Below are positions 10,009 to 20,363 of a DNA stretch of 64,000 nucleotides, piece by piece. The first letter of the stretch is position 1, and every line of letters starts with the position of its first letter. Source of the stretch: Patellaria atrata CBS 101060 (Eukaryota); the NCBI GenBank assembly GCA_010093705.1, contig MU006108.1, positions 248,099 through 312,098 of the forward strand. The letters run 5' to 3'. The notes under the pieces are model-generated. The model did not search any database. It was not told where the DNA came from and saw only the letters and a program-made list of their open reading frames with translations. The position numbers were made by a program, and so were the translations under genes.

Positions 10009-12696
10009 TCAAAAATCTTCAATATCGTCATCTTCCAGGACTAAAGCAGCAATCTCTTCTTCACCGACACTAGGTATGTCTCCTGTGTTTGTTTTTGGCT
10101 TGATGCCGCCTGACGTGGGTTTTCGTCTCGCTGACTTGGCATTGCCGCGATCAACTGGTGTGTCAGTGCTCCATTGCTCTACACTCGGTTCAATTTCGCT
10201 GTCATCATCGTCAGGGGTTTCTTCTGTGTTAATTCCTATCCCTCTAAAAGTTGTGATTTGCTCAATTTTTTTCAAAGAAGTGGACTGGATTGCGCGTCCA
10301 ACTGTCTTACGTTTCAGAATCGCCGCGTAAGGTAGTCTTTCAAGAAGCATCTCAAGCTTTGCAGATGTTCCACTTGCAAAAATCGGCGGACAGTCTGTGG
10401 TAGAGCCGTCATTCTGTCCGGTATTATTACCCAAGACCGAACTGAACGTATTTCTGCCTTGCCATGCCTCGACCCCTTGTTCGCTTGTTTTGGCTGTAGC
10501 CCTTTCTGCTCCTTGGAAAGGGTCATATTCCCCTTTCTGTGCAGCTGTAACGAATAGATCTAGCAATCCTTCAATTTCCTCCTGCTGGCGCCAGAGCTTT
10601 GCAGATGTTGGGTAAAAAATCTTGAACGAATTCGCCTTGGAATAACTCTTTTCCCCTGTCAATACTGAAGGGGGAGATAACCTCTTCACCTGAGAAGGTA
10701 AGTTGAAAAGTAGACCTCGAGCGCTCGCCTGATAACTGAAGTCGTCCTGACGAAGATTATCTATGCCTGACCCCTGGAATGAACGTTTCGCGGATTTTGA
10801 TAAGCTAAACCGATCGGGTGACAGTATATCGGAATCAGAGATAGATGCAATGCAACCCCAGGCGGATTCCATCGAGTCCTCCTCTGTCAGGCCGTTGCAG
10901 GAGAGCACATAGTTTTCATGTAAAGCAGCAATAAAAGTTTGCGTGTCGGTTCCTATTTCGTTATGCAACGAGTCGACATCAACCTCAGGCGGCTTATTTC
11001 TTGCGAAATTCGGAAAATAGGTTGGTGGCTGTGGAATCGGCTGAGAGGTAGGTTGAATTTCCTGGCGCTTATTGTACACAATCTTACCAACAGCATGAAA
11101 AATTGTAAGAATGCTTTCTCGCCGTGTAATCAGCTGCAAAGACTCTTCTTCCATTTTTGTTAGTAAAGGTTCCGCATGCTTTTTCTTGGGCTTTGAGAAT
11201 GCAACTTTAGCTCCCCATCCATTATCCCCATCCCCACGCACACAGAGAAACTCGAGAGTTGAGATCGCACTTCGTAAATCACCTATCCGACTTAGGTAAT
11301 CAATGACCATAGGCCCTGGAGTTTGTCTACGACCGCTTCTTCGGGCTTCCTTAATGACGACAAGCTCTAGTGCCTTTTTCAAAAGAGTGGAGGCAACGGG
11401 ATTAAACTCGAGGACATAGAGCCCTGGGTCATGTAAGAGTTCTGGTCCAAGAAGTCGGAAAGCTGTAAAGCTATCCTGAGAAGGAGTATTGGTCGACAGC
11501 AATGTTTCAGTAATGATCATAATAATGGGTGTAATGGATCGTTTCAGTTGTAGTAATGGGACGTTAACTGCAAGGTACCTCTGGATTGTCGAACGAAAGG
11601 ACCTAAGCGTTGACGAGGTCGTAGAGTATGTATTTGGAAACTCTTCAATAAGAATGGTATGCTTCCTGGAGCCCTGCACCGAATCGCCTCTGGTCCCACA
11701 GTCGGGGAAACTAACATCCATGTCGAGTCGTCCATAATGCCCGGCTCTTCCAATGAAATCCTCGAATCGAGTTGACGTGGTAGAGGAACCCTCATCCAAG
11801 ATATTTCCACCATCGGGATTCCTCCATTCATGTAGCTCAATCCCTAGCTCTTGCGATAGTAGGCGAACGGTTGTTGTCTTCCCTGAGCCTGCCCCGCCTT
11901 TTAGAATCAAAATTGGCTGCCGACCTATTCCCTTGGTAGTATTTTCAAACCACGAGCGAACCTTGCTGACTTTGTCTCTGTGTACAACGAGCTCGTGGAG
12001 AGCGTTCGGCCCGTATTGTTCAGTCCATGGTCTTTGATCGCTAAAATCTCGTTCCTGTTGTATTGGCGTATCTTGTCCTTGTTTTGAGCCGTTTGACCGT
12101 TTCAAGAACTTTTGGCTACCACTGGGTAAACCTTCTTTCTGCCCACCACCGATATCTTCTGCTTCCCTACCCCGTTTCCGCATTGCAAGCGCAGTGACGG
12201 ATAATGAAGTAGGCTTCGCCTCTGAAAGGTTTATAAGGGCTTCATCCAAGGAGTCGTCCTCTATCAGATCTTCAGGATCAAAAGGTTGGGATAATTGGGC
12301 TTTCTTGTGGCTCGTAGCATTGTGAGATTGTGTGCTCGCCGGGTTGGCGGCAAAGAACGAATATAATGAATTTTCCTTAGACTTCGAACCTCGTTTGGTG
12401 GACGTCTGCGATTGACGTGGGTTGGACTTTGTGCTCGTTTGAGGGTTTGATTTGTACCTTGCGAGGACCGGCTGGGACGATGGTTCGATAGGTGGGCTTA
12501 GAAGTGAGTTCTGCTGGGAGTTATCCTTACCCAATACGTCTGAGGGTACAGACGGTTTGTTCCCATGATGAACGAGAATGGGCCGTTTCGACTGCTTCTT
12601 TGAGCGAGATACGGATTTTGTAGGCGCAGGGACATCGCTTGCTTCATCGCTTGATATCACCACCACCTTCTTCCGCGCAGCCCGAGGCTGCCCCAT
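10009..12696 (-). CDS. RAD17: Checkpoint clamp loader Rad17 (S. cerevisiae Rad24), AAA+ ATPase
   Basis: Intronless 895 aa. PWTEQYGP...ELVVH, Walker A GGAGSGKTT, LIEEFPN, FNPVAST, GDLRSAI, FHAVGKIVYNKR, LHENY and an acidic C-terminus. Confidence 0.95.
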   Translation of the reverse strand: MGQPRAARKKVVVISSDEASDVPAPTKSVSRSKKQSKRPILVHHGNKPSVPSDVLGKDNSQQNSLLSPPIEPSSQPVLARYKSNPQTSTKSNPRQSQTSTKRGSKSKENSLYSFFAANPASTQSHNATSHKKAQLSQPFDPEDLIEDDSLDEALINLSEAKPTSLSVTALAMRKRGREAEDIGGGQKEGLPSGSQKFLKRSNGSKQGQDTPIQQERDFSDQRPWTEQYGPNALHELVVHRDKVSKVRSWFENTTKGIGRQPILILKGGAGSGKTTTVRLLSQELGIELHEWRNPDGGNILDEGSSTTSTRFEDFIGRAGHYGRLDMDVSFPDCGTRGDSVQGSRKHTILIEEFPNTYSTTSSTLRSFRSTIQRYLAVNVPLLQLKRSITPIIMIITETLLSTNTPSQDSFTAFRLLGPELLHDPGLYVLEFNPVASTLLKKALELVVIKEARRSGRRQTPGPMVIDYLSRIGDLRSAISTLEFLCVRGDGDNGWGAKVAFSKPKKKHAEPLLTKMEEESLQLITRRESILTIFHAVGKIVYNKRQEIQPTSQPIPQPPTYFPNFARNKPPEVDVDSLHNEIGTDTQTFIAALHENYVLSCNGLTEEDSMESAWGCIASISDSDILSPDRFSLSKSAKRSFQGSGIDNLRQDDFSYQASARGLLFNLPSQVKRLSPPSVLTGEKSYSKANSFKIFYPTSAKLWRQQEEIEGLLDLFVTAAQKGEYDPFQGAERATAKTSEQGVEAWQGRNTFSSVLGNNTGQNDGSTTDCPPIFASGTSAKLEMLLERLPYAAILKRKTVGRAIQSTSLKKIEQITTFRGIGINTEETPDDDDSEIEPSVEQWSTDTPVDRGNAKSARRKPTSGGIKPKTNTGDIPSVGEEEIAALVLEDDDIEDF

Positions 12697-12907
12697 GCTT
12701 CACAGGCCGTTCTCTTACTGTATGATCAGTCATCTGGTTGAGACTGAGGAGTAGGTAGAGAAGTTGGAGGTTTGTTCTCCTTTATGAAAAATGTCGGGTA
12801 GTTTGAGCATTACTGTTCGATGAGGTCGAGGGTTGTTAAGTTTTACCTTAGTGCTGGCGAAGAAAGCTTGTCGTACGTCGGTCACTAGTTCTACAGGGAT
12901 TCTCGAA

Positions 12908-12982
12908 TCGCGTCCTACCGTGTAAATGAACCCACATAGAATTCATGAGTCCACGAGATCACGAGATCACGAGATCACGAAA
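12908..12982. promoter_or_regulatory. candidate MCB/SCB-like elements upstream of RAD17: TCGCGT, (CACGAGAT)x3, then CACGAAA
   Basis: TCGCGT at 12908-12913, 8-nt tandem units at 12952, 12960 and 12968, and the yeast SCB consensus CACGAAA at 12976-12982. These lie 210-290 bp upstream of the RAD17 ATG. Confidence 0.35.
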
Positions 12983-14353
12983 TATTCATCATATAGATTT
13001 TGATCAAATAATTCCAATATCATTATCATATCAGCAGTTTTACACCTCCATCCAAACAGAACCGCTGCTGGACTTCATGCAAACGGGACTCCCGTCTGAG
13101 AGACATCTGACGGCATTTTAATTACCCGTAACCCGATTATGATAAGGTACTATCCGACGGTACAAAACTTAATGAAAACCTTTTTGCGAACGAGCTATTC
13201 CGCCTTCATCAATTTATTGAACCGACTACATCTCTACGTATGAGCTGTACGGAATCCTCGATTCGACCCAGTATCACCCGCAATGGTATCCATTTTGGGG
13301 TATATCGGTCGTTTTATATATTATTTGCTCTTTACCCCTGCTTTATCGGAATCTGGTGCGCCTGCTTCAGATGTCATCCTTCAGCTAGGGATCGTCCGTT
13401 GAAAGTGTTGGAACTTGAAAATAAGTGAGAAAAAGTGTGAATGTTCTAGGCCCCCGTTTAGTGGCGTAGATCAATTGCGGAAAAGATCACGTTCAGCCCC
13501 GAAGAACTTATCTCCTTGTGGCATGGGTGGGTATGGACCAACGACCTCCCATCTTCCCGAATGGGTCTCACGATGCAACTGAATGGCTACTTTCCCATTA
13601 TCTCTTCCGCCAAGGAACCCCAAGTTCAACTTAACTCCCCTTGATAGGAGAAAGGAAGGTCTGAGACAAGCCTTAAATGTCACCGATTAGCATCACTAGC
13701 GTCAAACAAGACTTGTTCTCCCGGTACTTGTTATGCAGGCTCACATAGTCTTACGCATCCCTCCTTGGTTCTTGAGAGACAGCCTGACGGGACCTTTATG
13801 ATTTCCACTGAATTGAAAAAATGAAGGTTATGATGATACTGTAAGTTCTGTATGATCTCTTTGTGTTTGTATCTTCAGGGTTTAAGTCTGCGTTATCAGT
13901 ACGGTATTCTTAAGAAGATTTTAAGACAATATTAGAACTACTGTACCGATCTTACCTATTCCAGTACGGTAATCTTGACTCCAGAACGCTCTCTCGCCTA
14001 GGCAGATTTCCAATGGGTCCGTGGTAGATCAAAGGCGCTGCTGACGACTGTGCTTCAACTGCCCCATGCATTCCTAGCGATCCCATAGACGCCAGTAGTG
14101 ATACTGCAATCCCCCTTTCTAGAAAAGTTTCCTATATCTCGCTCTTTCCAACCCCAAGCGCAAAATGTCTACGGAAATTTTCTCTCCATTTCAATTGTTC
14201 ACACTCCTTTAAACTTTTTTTCTGAAGTATTCGCGGTGGGCGTAAGCCGTTCTCTCAAACGACGGTGAATAGGAAATATCGTCACTATAGTATTCCTTCG
14301 ATATCCTACGCGACAGCCCACTTCATCTTGTTTTACCCTTGGATTTGTACATC

Positions 14354-15871
14354 ATGGAACACCGACAGTCGTTTACCTTAGGTGCCATGGGGAGTCGTCG
14401 ATTTAAGATTTTCCTCGGCGTTTCCATTTTCTCTATCATTATCTATTGCAACAAATCTGTACTCCCGGACCGACCAAAGATACCCTTTCCAAAAGTCTCC
14501 TATGGAAGTAAAAATTCAAATTCGACTGATCCTCTCAACGCATTAGCGCTCCCCCACGACTATGATGAAAAGCCTGTTGGTGATGAGTATTGTGAGGAAA
14601 GATACGGGCTGAGCTTTATGGAGCCCTTTCGGGATTCTCTCAACGCTTATTGCGATCCCGTTACATCCGCATCTACAATGGAATGCCTGCACACGCGTGT
14701 GAATCCGAACCATCATGACCCATTCTGCATACTCAATAACGTCATGTTAGACCGCCAAGGTGGTAATCATTCGTTCACCTTGGATTGTAACTTGCGGAAC
14801 TTCACGGCCGATCCGGGCAAGAATGAACCTAAAGACCTTTATTCCTTCCATAAATACATGTTTGGAGAGGGTCCCAGAGCTGCTTTTGTGAACCATTTTA
14901 TTCACACCAACACCACGAACCCTATGCCTGATAAGACTCTTAAAGCTTTGTCTACCTGCAAGTCAGGCTCTAAATCAAAAAATTGGAAGATTGTAATTAA
15001 CCGTGACGCCCATGGCGGCCGACACCCTTGGCATTCTCTCATGGAAATCTTTTCGATGTATATCACTCTAGACATCATGCGAAGTACAGCAAGGCCATTG
15101 GATGGAAAGCCATTCTTCTCACCAGAGGACATCCCAGATACGCAAGTGATTATCACCGACTCACATCCCGATCATAATCTTTATGAGCTTTGGAATCTCC
15201 TAGGCTTTAAATCGGTCATGAGACTTCCTGATTATCTTGCGTCAGAGAACGCTACCTGTTTGGACAATGTTTTGTTCCCCCTCGCTGGAGGCAGCAACAC
15301 CATGTGGCACGGAGACTGGAGACTGAAAGATTGTAGGAACTCACGGTTCCTCGACATATTCATAGACCGAATTATGGGACACTATGGGATTGATCATACT
15401 CGCAAAAGTGACGGACCCATCGTAGTCACTTTCATCGATCGTCGTGGCAGACGCAAGTTTAGGGACCAGGCTAAACATGTAAAGCGATTCCAGGAGAACT
15501 TCCCCAACGTCAAAGTGAATGTCGTTGATTTTGCCGATATCCCGTATTCAGAGCAAATTAGGATCGTAGCTAAGAGTGATATTCTTGCTGGAATCCACGG
15601 GGCCGCGCTTACCCATGCAATGTATTTACCTCCACAGTCAAGCGTTGTCGAGATTCAACCCTATAAACTGAAGCATCGCGGTTTCCGCAACTTGGCCAAG
15701 TTGTTGGGTCACCGCTACTTCAATACTCACTGTTTCGAAGATCCAACGGCGGATCCCAATTGGCACAAGGTTACCGACATTGCTATCGAGGATGAAAAGT
15801 TCGACGACGTTATGAAAGCGGCGGTCTGGAGTGTGTATAACAGCAGGACGCTAGGTATCGACATTTCCTGA
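14354..15871 (+). CDS. Glycosyltransferase family 61 (DUF563; EOGT/POMGNT2-like) type II membrane protein
   Basis: Intronless ORF starting at ATG 14354 or 14387. N-terminal anchor RRFKIFLGVSIFSIIIYC. GT61 motifs HPWHSLMEIFS, VTFIDRRGRR and VDFADIPYSEQIRIVAKSDILAGIHGAALTHAMYLPPQSSVVEI. Confidence 0.9.
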   Translation: MEHRQSFTLGAMGSRRFKIFLGVSIFSIIIYCNKSVLPDRPKIPFPKVSYGSKNSNSTDPLNALALPHDYDEKPVGDEYCEERYGLSFMEPFRDSLNAYCDPVTSASTMECLHTRVNPNHHDPFCILNNVMLDRQGGNHSFTLDCNLRNFTADPGKNEPKDLYSFHKYMFGEGPRAAFVNHFIHTNTTNPMPDKTLKALSTCKSGSKSKNWKIVINRDAHGGRHPWHSLMEIFSMYITLDIMRSTARPLDGKPFFSPEDIPDTQVIITDSHPDHNLYELWNLLGFKSVMRLPDYLASENATCLDNVLFPLAGGSNTMWHGDWRLKDCRNSRFLDIFIDRIMGHYGIDHTRKSDGPIVVTFIDRRGRRKFRDQAKHVKRFQENFPNVKVNVVDFADIPYSEQIRIVAKSDILAGIHGAALTHAMYLPPQSSVVEIQPYKLKHRGFRNLAKLLGHRYFNTHCFEDPTADPNWHKVTDIAIEDEKFDDVMKAAVWSVYNSRTLGIDIS

Positions 15872-16638
15872 AGCCCTACAAAGAAAATTCAATAGTTATC
15901 TAGAGACCCAAATCTGGTGGAGTGCCATGGCTGCTTCATTATATGTGTGGGTAGGCAACTCCAACGCAATGGTGCCGATATCACTCTTCGGAGATTGGGT
16001 TTCTATACTTGCTGTCCTACTTAGCGATACACCGGCTGGGGTTTACTCGCTCCCACCTGGAGCATTATTGGGATAGATGCCGCATCTCCTGTCCAGCTCA
16101 GCCATGACGTCCTAGCCTGTTAGTACTAAGAGACTGTAGAAGTGGTCATCCAGGGTCGTATTATCAGGAAACTGAATTTAGCTGGGAATGAGTGTGCTCG
16201 ATAGGAACATAAGTCCTTCTAAAAGGACTAGGGCTTTCGGTTATGGAAATACAATGCAGTATTTAAAAAAATCCATGGTCTATTATTACAAAACTTTAGC
16301 ATTATTTGAGTTCTTATTATATGCGGACTAGTACCGTATGATCAATTACTGTTATGATTCAGCTAGGTTCCATGTCCGATTACTCAACACGCATGTCCAC
16401 CTTGACACTATCTGCATCGCAGCGGAAATGTGGAGTGTACTTTTTCCGTTAAGAGTGCTTCGTTGCTTACAGCATTTCTAACTCCTTATTAAATTAAAAT
16501 CTCACATGGGTGTTCGTCCATGTAGTCTTTAGCTTTAACTGAACTAAACCTCAGAGGGAGACAAGGACGGGGGATCTGACATATGCAAGATGAGAATACA
16601 TATGGATCGCTTCCGGATTCTGGGGATTTCTAACTGGA

Positions 16639-16646
16639 TATAAAAG
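16639..16646 (+). promoter_or_regulatory. TATA box of the alcohol dehydrogenase gene
   Basis: TATAAAAG about 140 bp upstream of ATG 16781. Confidence 0.45.
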
Positions 16647-16780
16647 CGGTTGAAACCAGGAAATGTCATGTTAATCGAGCCTAAGAAAACGGCTTTCAGA
16701 ACTTTCTTGACACTAAACATTCATACCACCGCAGTCTCTCGACTCAAATTACTATCATCCACTAAATCAAGATCTTTACA

Positions 16781-17887
16781 ATGGCTGTAAAGCCATCGGT
16801 CACCGTCTTCAAGAGCTCCGCTGACGGAAACCTCGTGAAAGATACAACTGAAAGAAAGACCACCCTAAACTCTCATGAAGTTGGTATTAGAATCACGCAT
16901 TCTGGCGTCTGCGGCACTGACCTTCACTCTCTTGGGATGGATATAGTACTTGGACATGAAGGTTCGGGGATAGTAGAAGAGATCGGCGAAAAAGTGCAGA
17001 ATTTCAAAGCGTAAGTACTAGCTCATTGACTCAAGATCAACTCAGCTAAATGTGCATAGAGGCGACCACGTAGGGTTTGGCTATGTAAAAGATGGATGCG
17101 GCCACTGCGATTACTGTCAAGCAGGCTCGTTCTGGCACTGCAAAGACTCCCGGCACTACCAGAAAACAGACTTCGACCAAGGATCCTTCTCAACCTATGC
17201 CGTATGGCCTGAGACGCTACTAGTCCACATCCCCGAAGGTATGAACGGTGAACATGCTGCACCTTTCATGTGCGGAGGACAGACTGTATGGGTACCATTG
17301 ACAAGGTATGGTATCAAGCCGTCTGACCGAGTGGGTATTATTGGAATCGGAGGGTTAGGACACTTGGCTATTCAGTTTGCTCATAAGATGGGCTTAGAAG
17401 TTGTTGTATTTTCTAGTACGGAGTCGAAGAGGGAGGAAGCTATTGCGTTAGGAGCATCTGAGTTTTATGCGGGTGATAGTGTGCCAGAGAAGGGGATCGA
17501 TTACCTTCTCGTTACAACGAGTGGGCATCCAGACTGGGCAAAGTAAGTACATTAATAGGTTCTTCGTACTCGTTCGGTACACGCTAACACTAAACCCTTA
17601 GATATATGTCCCTCATGAGCCCCTTCGGCCACATCTTCCCCCTCTTAGTTACAAACGAGCCGATGAATTTCCCGTTCATGCCTTTTCTAGGGAAAGAGCT
17701 TAGCTTTCACGGCTCTTGTAGCTCGACGCCGCAGGAGGATGCTAGGATGATGCGGTTTGCTGCGCTACACGGGATAAAGCCTGTTATTGAGGAGTTTCCT
17801 ATGACCCTTGAAGGTGCGAAGCAGGCACTAGAGAAGCTGAAGAAGGGGAAGGTGAGGTATCGGGCGGTTCTTACTGTAGAGGCTTAG
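16781..17887 (+). CDS. Zn-dependent medium-chain (CAD-like, probably NADP-dependent) alcohol dehydrogenase; exons 16781-17010, 17060-17542, 17602-17887
   Basis: [15 protein letters not shown], structural Zn site CGHCDYC...C, APFMCGG and Rossmann GIGGLG followed by FSSTESK. Two GTAAGT...TAG introns with GCTAA branch sites restore the frame. Confidence 0.93.
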
Positions 17888-19685
17888 AGCGCAGCTTTAG
17901 TGCACACGTAGAATTGCATGAGACTCGTAATCTTAAGTTACTAGTTAAACAAGAAAGGCATCCAAGGCTTGTTCTCTCATTGTACCCCTTATAGTGGTCT
18001 TGGATTAATATACGGACGATCTAAAAGACCTTGGAGTCCGCCAGAGCTACAGTATAAAGTATAGTAATTAACCAGTGTATACCAACCAAAGAGTATCCAA
18101 CGTGATAGAAGGATAAGGTACGGGAACACATGGACCGCCCTATAGGGCGAGGTTGATTCTGGGGCCCCGTATAAATGCCCAGGTACGATAATGAGCATAG
18201 GGGTTCAGGAACGCACCCTCTCCATTATTACTGGACGCGACACCGCCTGCATCTTGCACAAGGTACAAGTAGTAGTCGCTCGAGGTCTTCAGTCCCCAGG
18301 TACGCGCGCCACTCACAGAATAAGTTACCATAAGTAGAGTTTGTTCATTTCTAAAAGTCATGTGGATCGTAGACATATGAAGTTTCACTGCATGACGTAA
18401 CAACCCGTCTCCATCTTCTTCTTCAGCTACTATTCCGCGAGTTTCTCAAACTCCACAAACTCTCCACATTGCTATTCTTTAGGTTATTCCATCCCTGTAT
18501 CATCCTGAACGGCACCTCTTGGGTCATAACAATCCTTGGAACACACTTACTATCCTATAGCTATGTGGTTGTTCTACCTCTCGCCTCACTTTCCTGGATG
18601 TACGCCTCACCTTGCATGCATGGCCACAACCTAAGGGCTAGACATCCCGGTGAATACCCTTCTCATTCGTACTTGGAGTCTGAATTTACTGACAAACACT
18701 AGTTGTTAACCTTCCTATGGAGCTCGCTAACTCTCTGTTTTATGGACGTCTCATGTCGTATGCGGACTCTCACTCAGAGGTCAATTCAATCGATCTACCG
18801 CCGTGATTCACAACCATGTTTAGCATATTGTGGCATCCTACTTGTGGGCTTTGACCAGTCCTCTGTCCTTAACCCAGTACCCCCGGTTTATTACCCTGGC
18901 GACATGGAGCAGCATTATGGCGCTCTCCCAGAACAAAGGCAAAAGGAATCCCTAGGTCCCTAGGGTTTTAGCCTGTAATAGTATTATGTTGTACTGTAAT
19001 CTGATCGATCTTGGATTCGATCAAGATTGGATCTCACATCGAACACAGATACCCTGAGATGATGTGATATTTAGAATCTGTGGGTGTATCTGATGGCTGT
19101 TTTCAAAGCAAGAACCTGAATTGGCCAATACCCCCTCTAAAGTCGGAGGGCCACCATGTTTCCAGTAGTTGATATTAGATCACAGGGTAGTGTACAGAAC
19201 GGTTTGGCGAGTACCACTGCGGACAATGCATAAGGCCCCTGGTTTATTCGCAACACAGTTGCGGGATTAAAGTCGGTTTCCTTCCGTTTCTATACCTCCT
19301 CGTCATGGTATTTTATAAAGTTGAATTAGCCTACGCGCCCCGGCATCCGAATAAATTCTACCCTTATGGACCAATGATTTCGGTCTATACAAGACAAATG
19401 GACACCACCGCATACTCCCTATGCTCCCTAGGGCAGCTTAGACATCCTCAGAAATCAGCTTTGTATCTTGATGCTTGAACGGGTTTCTTTCGCTTATTTT
19501 CTCTTTGTAACGTCCGTTAGACCACTTATCGCTCACGTACCTTGCTTCCTCCAGTGACTTTGATGGTCTTCTGTCGCCTCAGATATTGTTTGGTTGCGGC
19601 TTCTTCACTTTCCAGTCTCCTCTATTCCCATAGTCGGCTATGCTCATCCTCTCATTTATTTATGACACCCTTTACCGTGTAGAAT

Positions 19686-20363
19686 ATGCTTTTAGCATAC
19701 TCTGTCCACGAACAGCGATCATATCTCTCACGCCTCCATTCATGTCTTTCTAAGTCTTCCATATTAGGGCTCTTGTCGAATCTTAATACTCTCTCATCAT
19801 GCGCGAACAGTTCCCAAACCAATTTGAAGGCAGTTCTTCCAACGTTAATACTCATAAATCGATTCAGACTGACACATCGAGTGTCGAGGGGAACCCTCCG
19901 CTACTATCTATCGGTAAGTGTCCTAAGGACCATCGCTGACTTTCATAAGGGCCCGAAGCTGATCACTCGGGAAGAGATTTCAAACAGAGTGGCCCTCGAG
20001 GTGCCTGCTATAGAGGCATTAGCAGCGCTACCAGACCCATACTCACTCGTGGACGAGTTTAGACCGCAGGTACCTGCAGTGTATCTTAGTCTATCGCCAG
20101 CAACCGCGTCTGATGCATTGCGCGCTGAAGGCGGTCCAGATGATCCTAGAACCAGCATAACACCATCAACGCGTTCAGGATATCGGCTTCAGCTCGACAA
20201 TGCTGTCGACGTTCGACATGAACAAAAGCATTTGCGTCAACAACACCTGCATGGCCCGTATCACAAAGAGGTATGTAATTCTTTCCATCAGTACGAAAAT
20301 CCATTAGAAGAAGTTAGCCAAACCTATCATCGTTAGGATGAGTTACTAAAATACTATAGATGA
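19686..20363 (+). CDS. possible lineage-specific or degenerate gene, 5' end uncertain
   Basis: 216-codon ORF containing GTAAGT(19914)...GCTGAC...AAG(19949) and a GTATGT donor at 20271. That donor could splice to TAG 20336 and give a last exon DELLKYYR*. No family recognised. Confidence 0.25.

Noticed and set aside
14354..17887. GT61 plus alcohol dehydrogenase as a secondary-metabolite cluster
   Set aside because: No backbone enzyme, transporter or pathway regulator nearby. Adjacency alone is not evidence.
18136..18150. 14-bp palindrome CGCCCTATAGGGCG overlapping a T7-vector-like CTATAGGGCGA
   Set aside because: Too short to indicate vector contamination, and no supporting context for a function.
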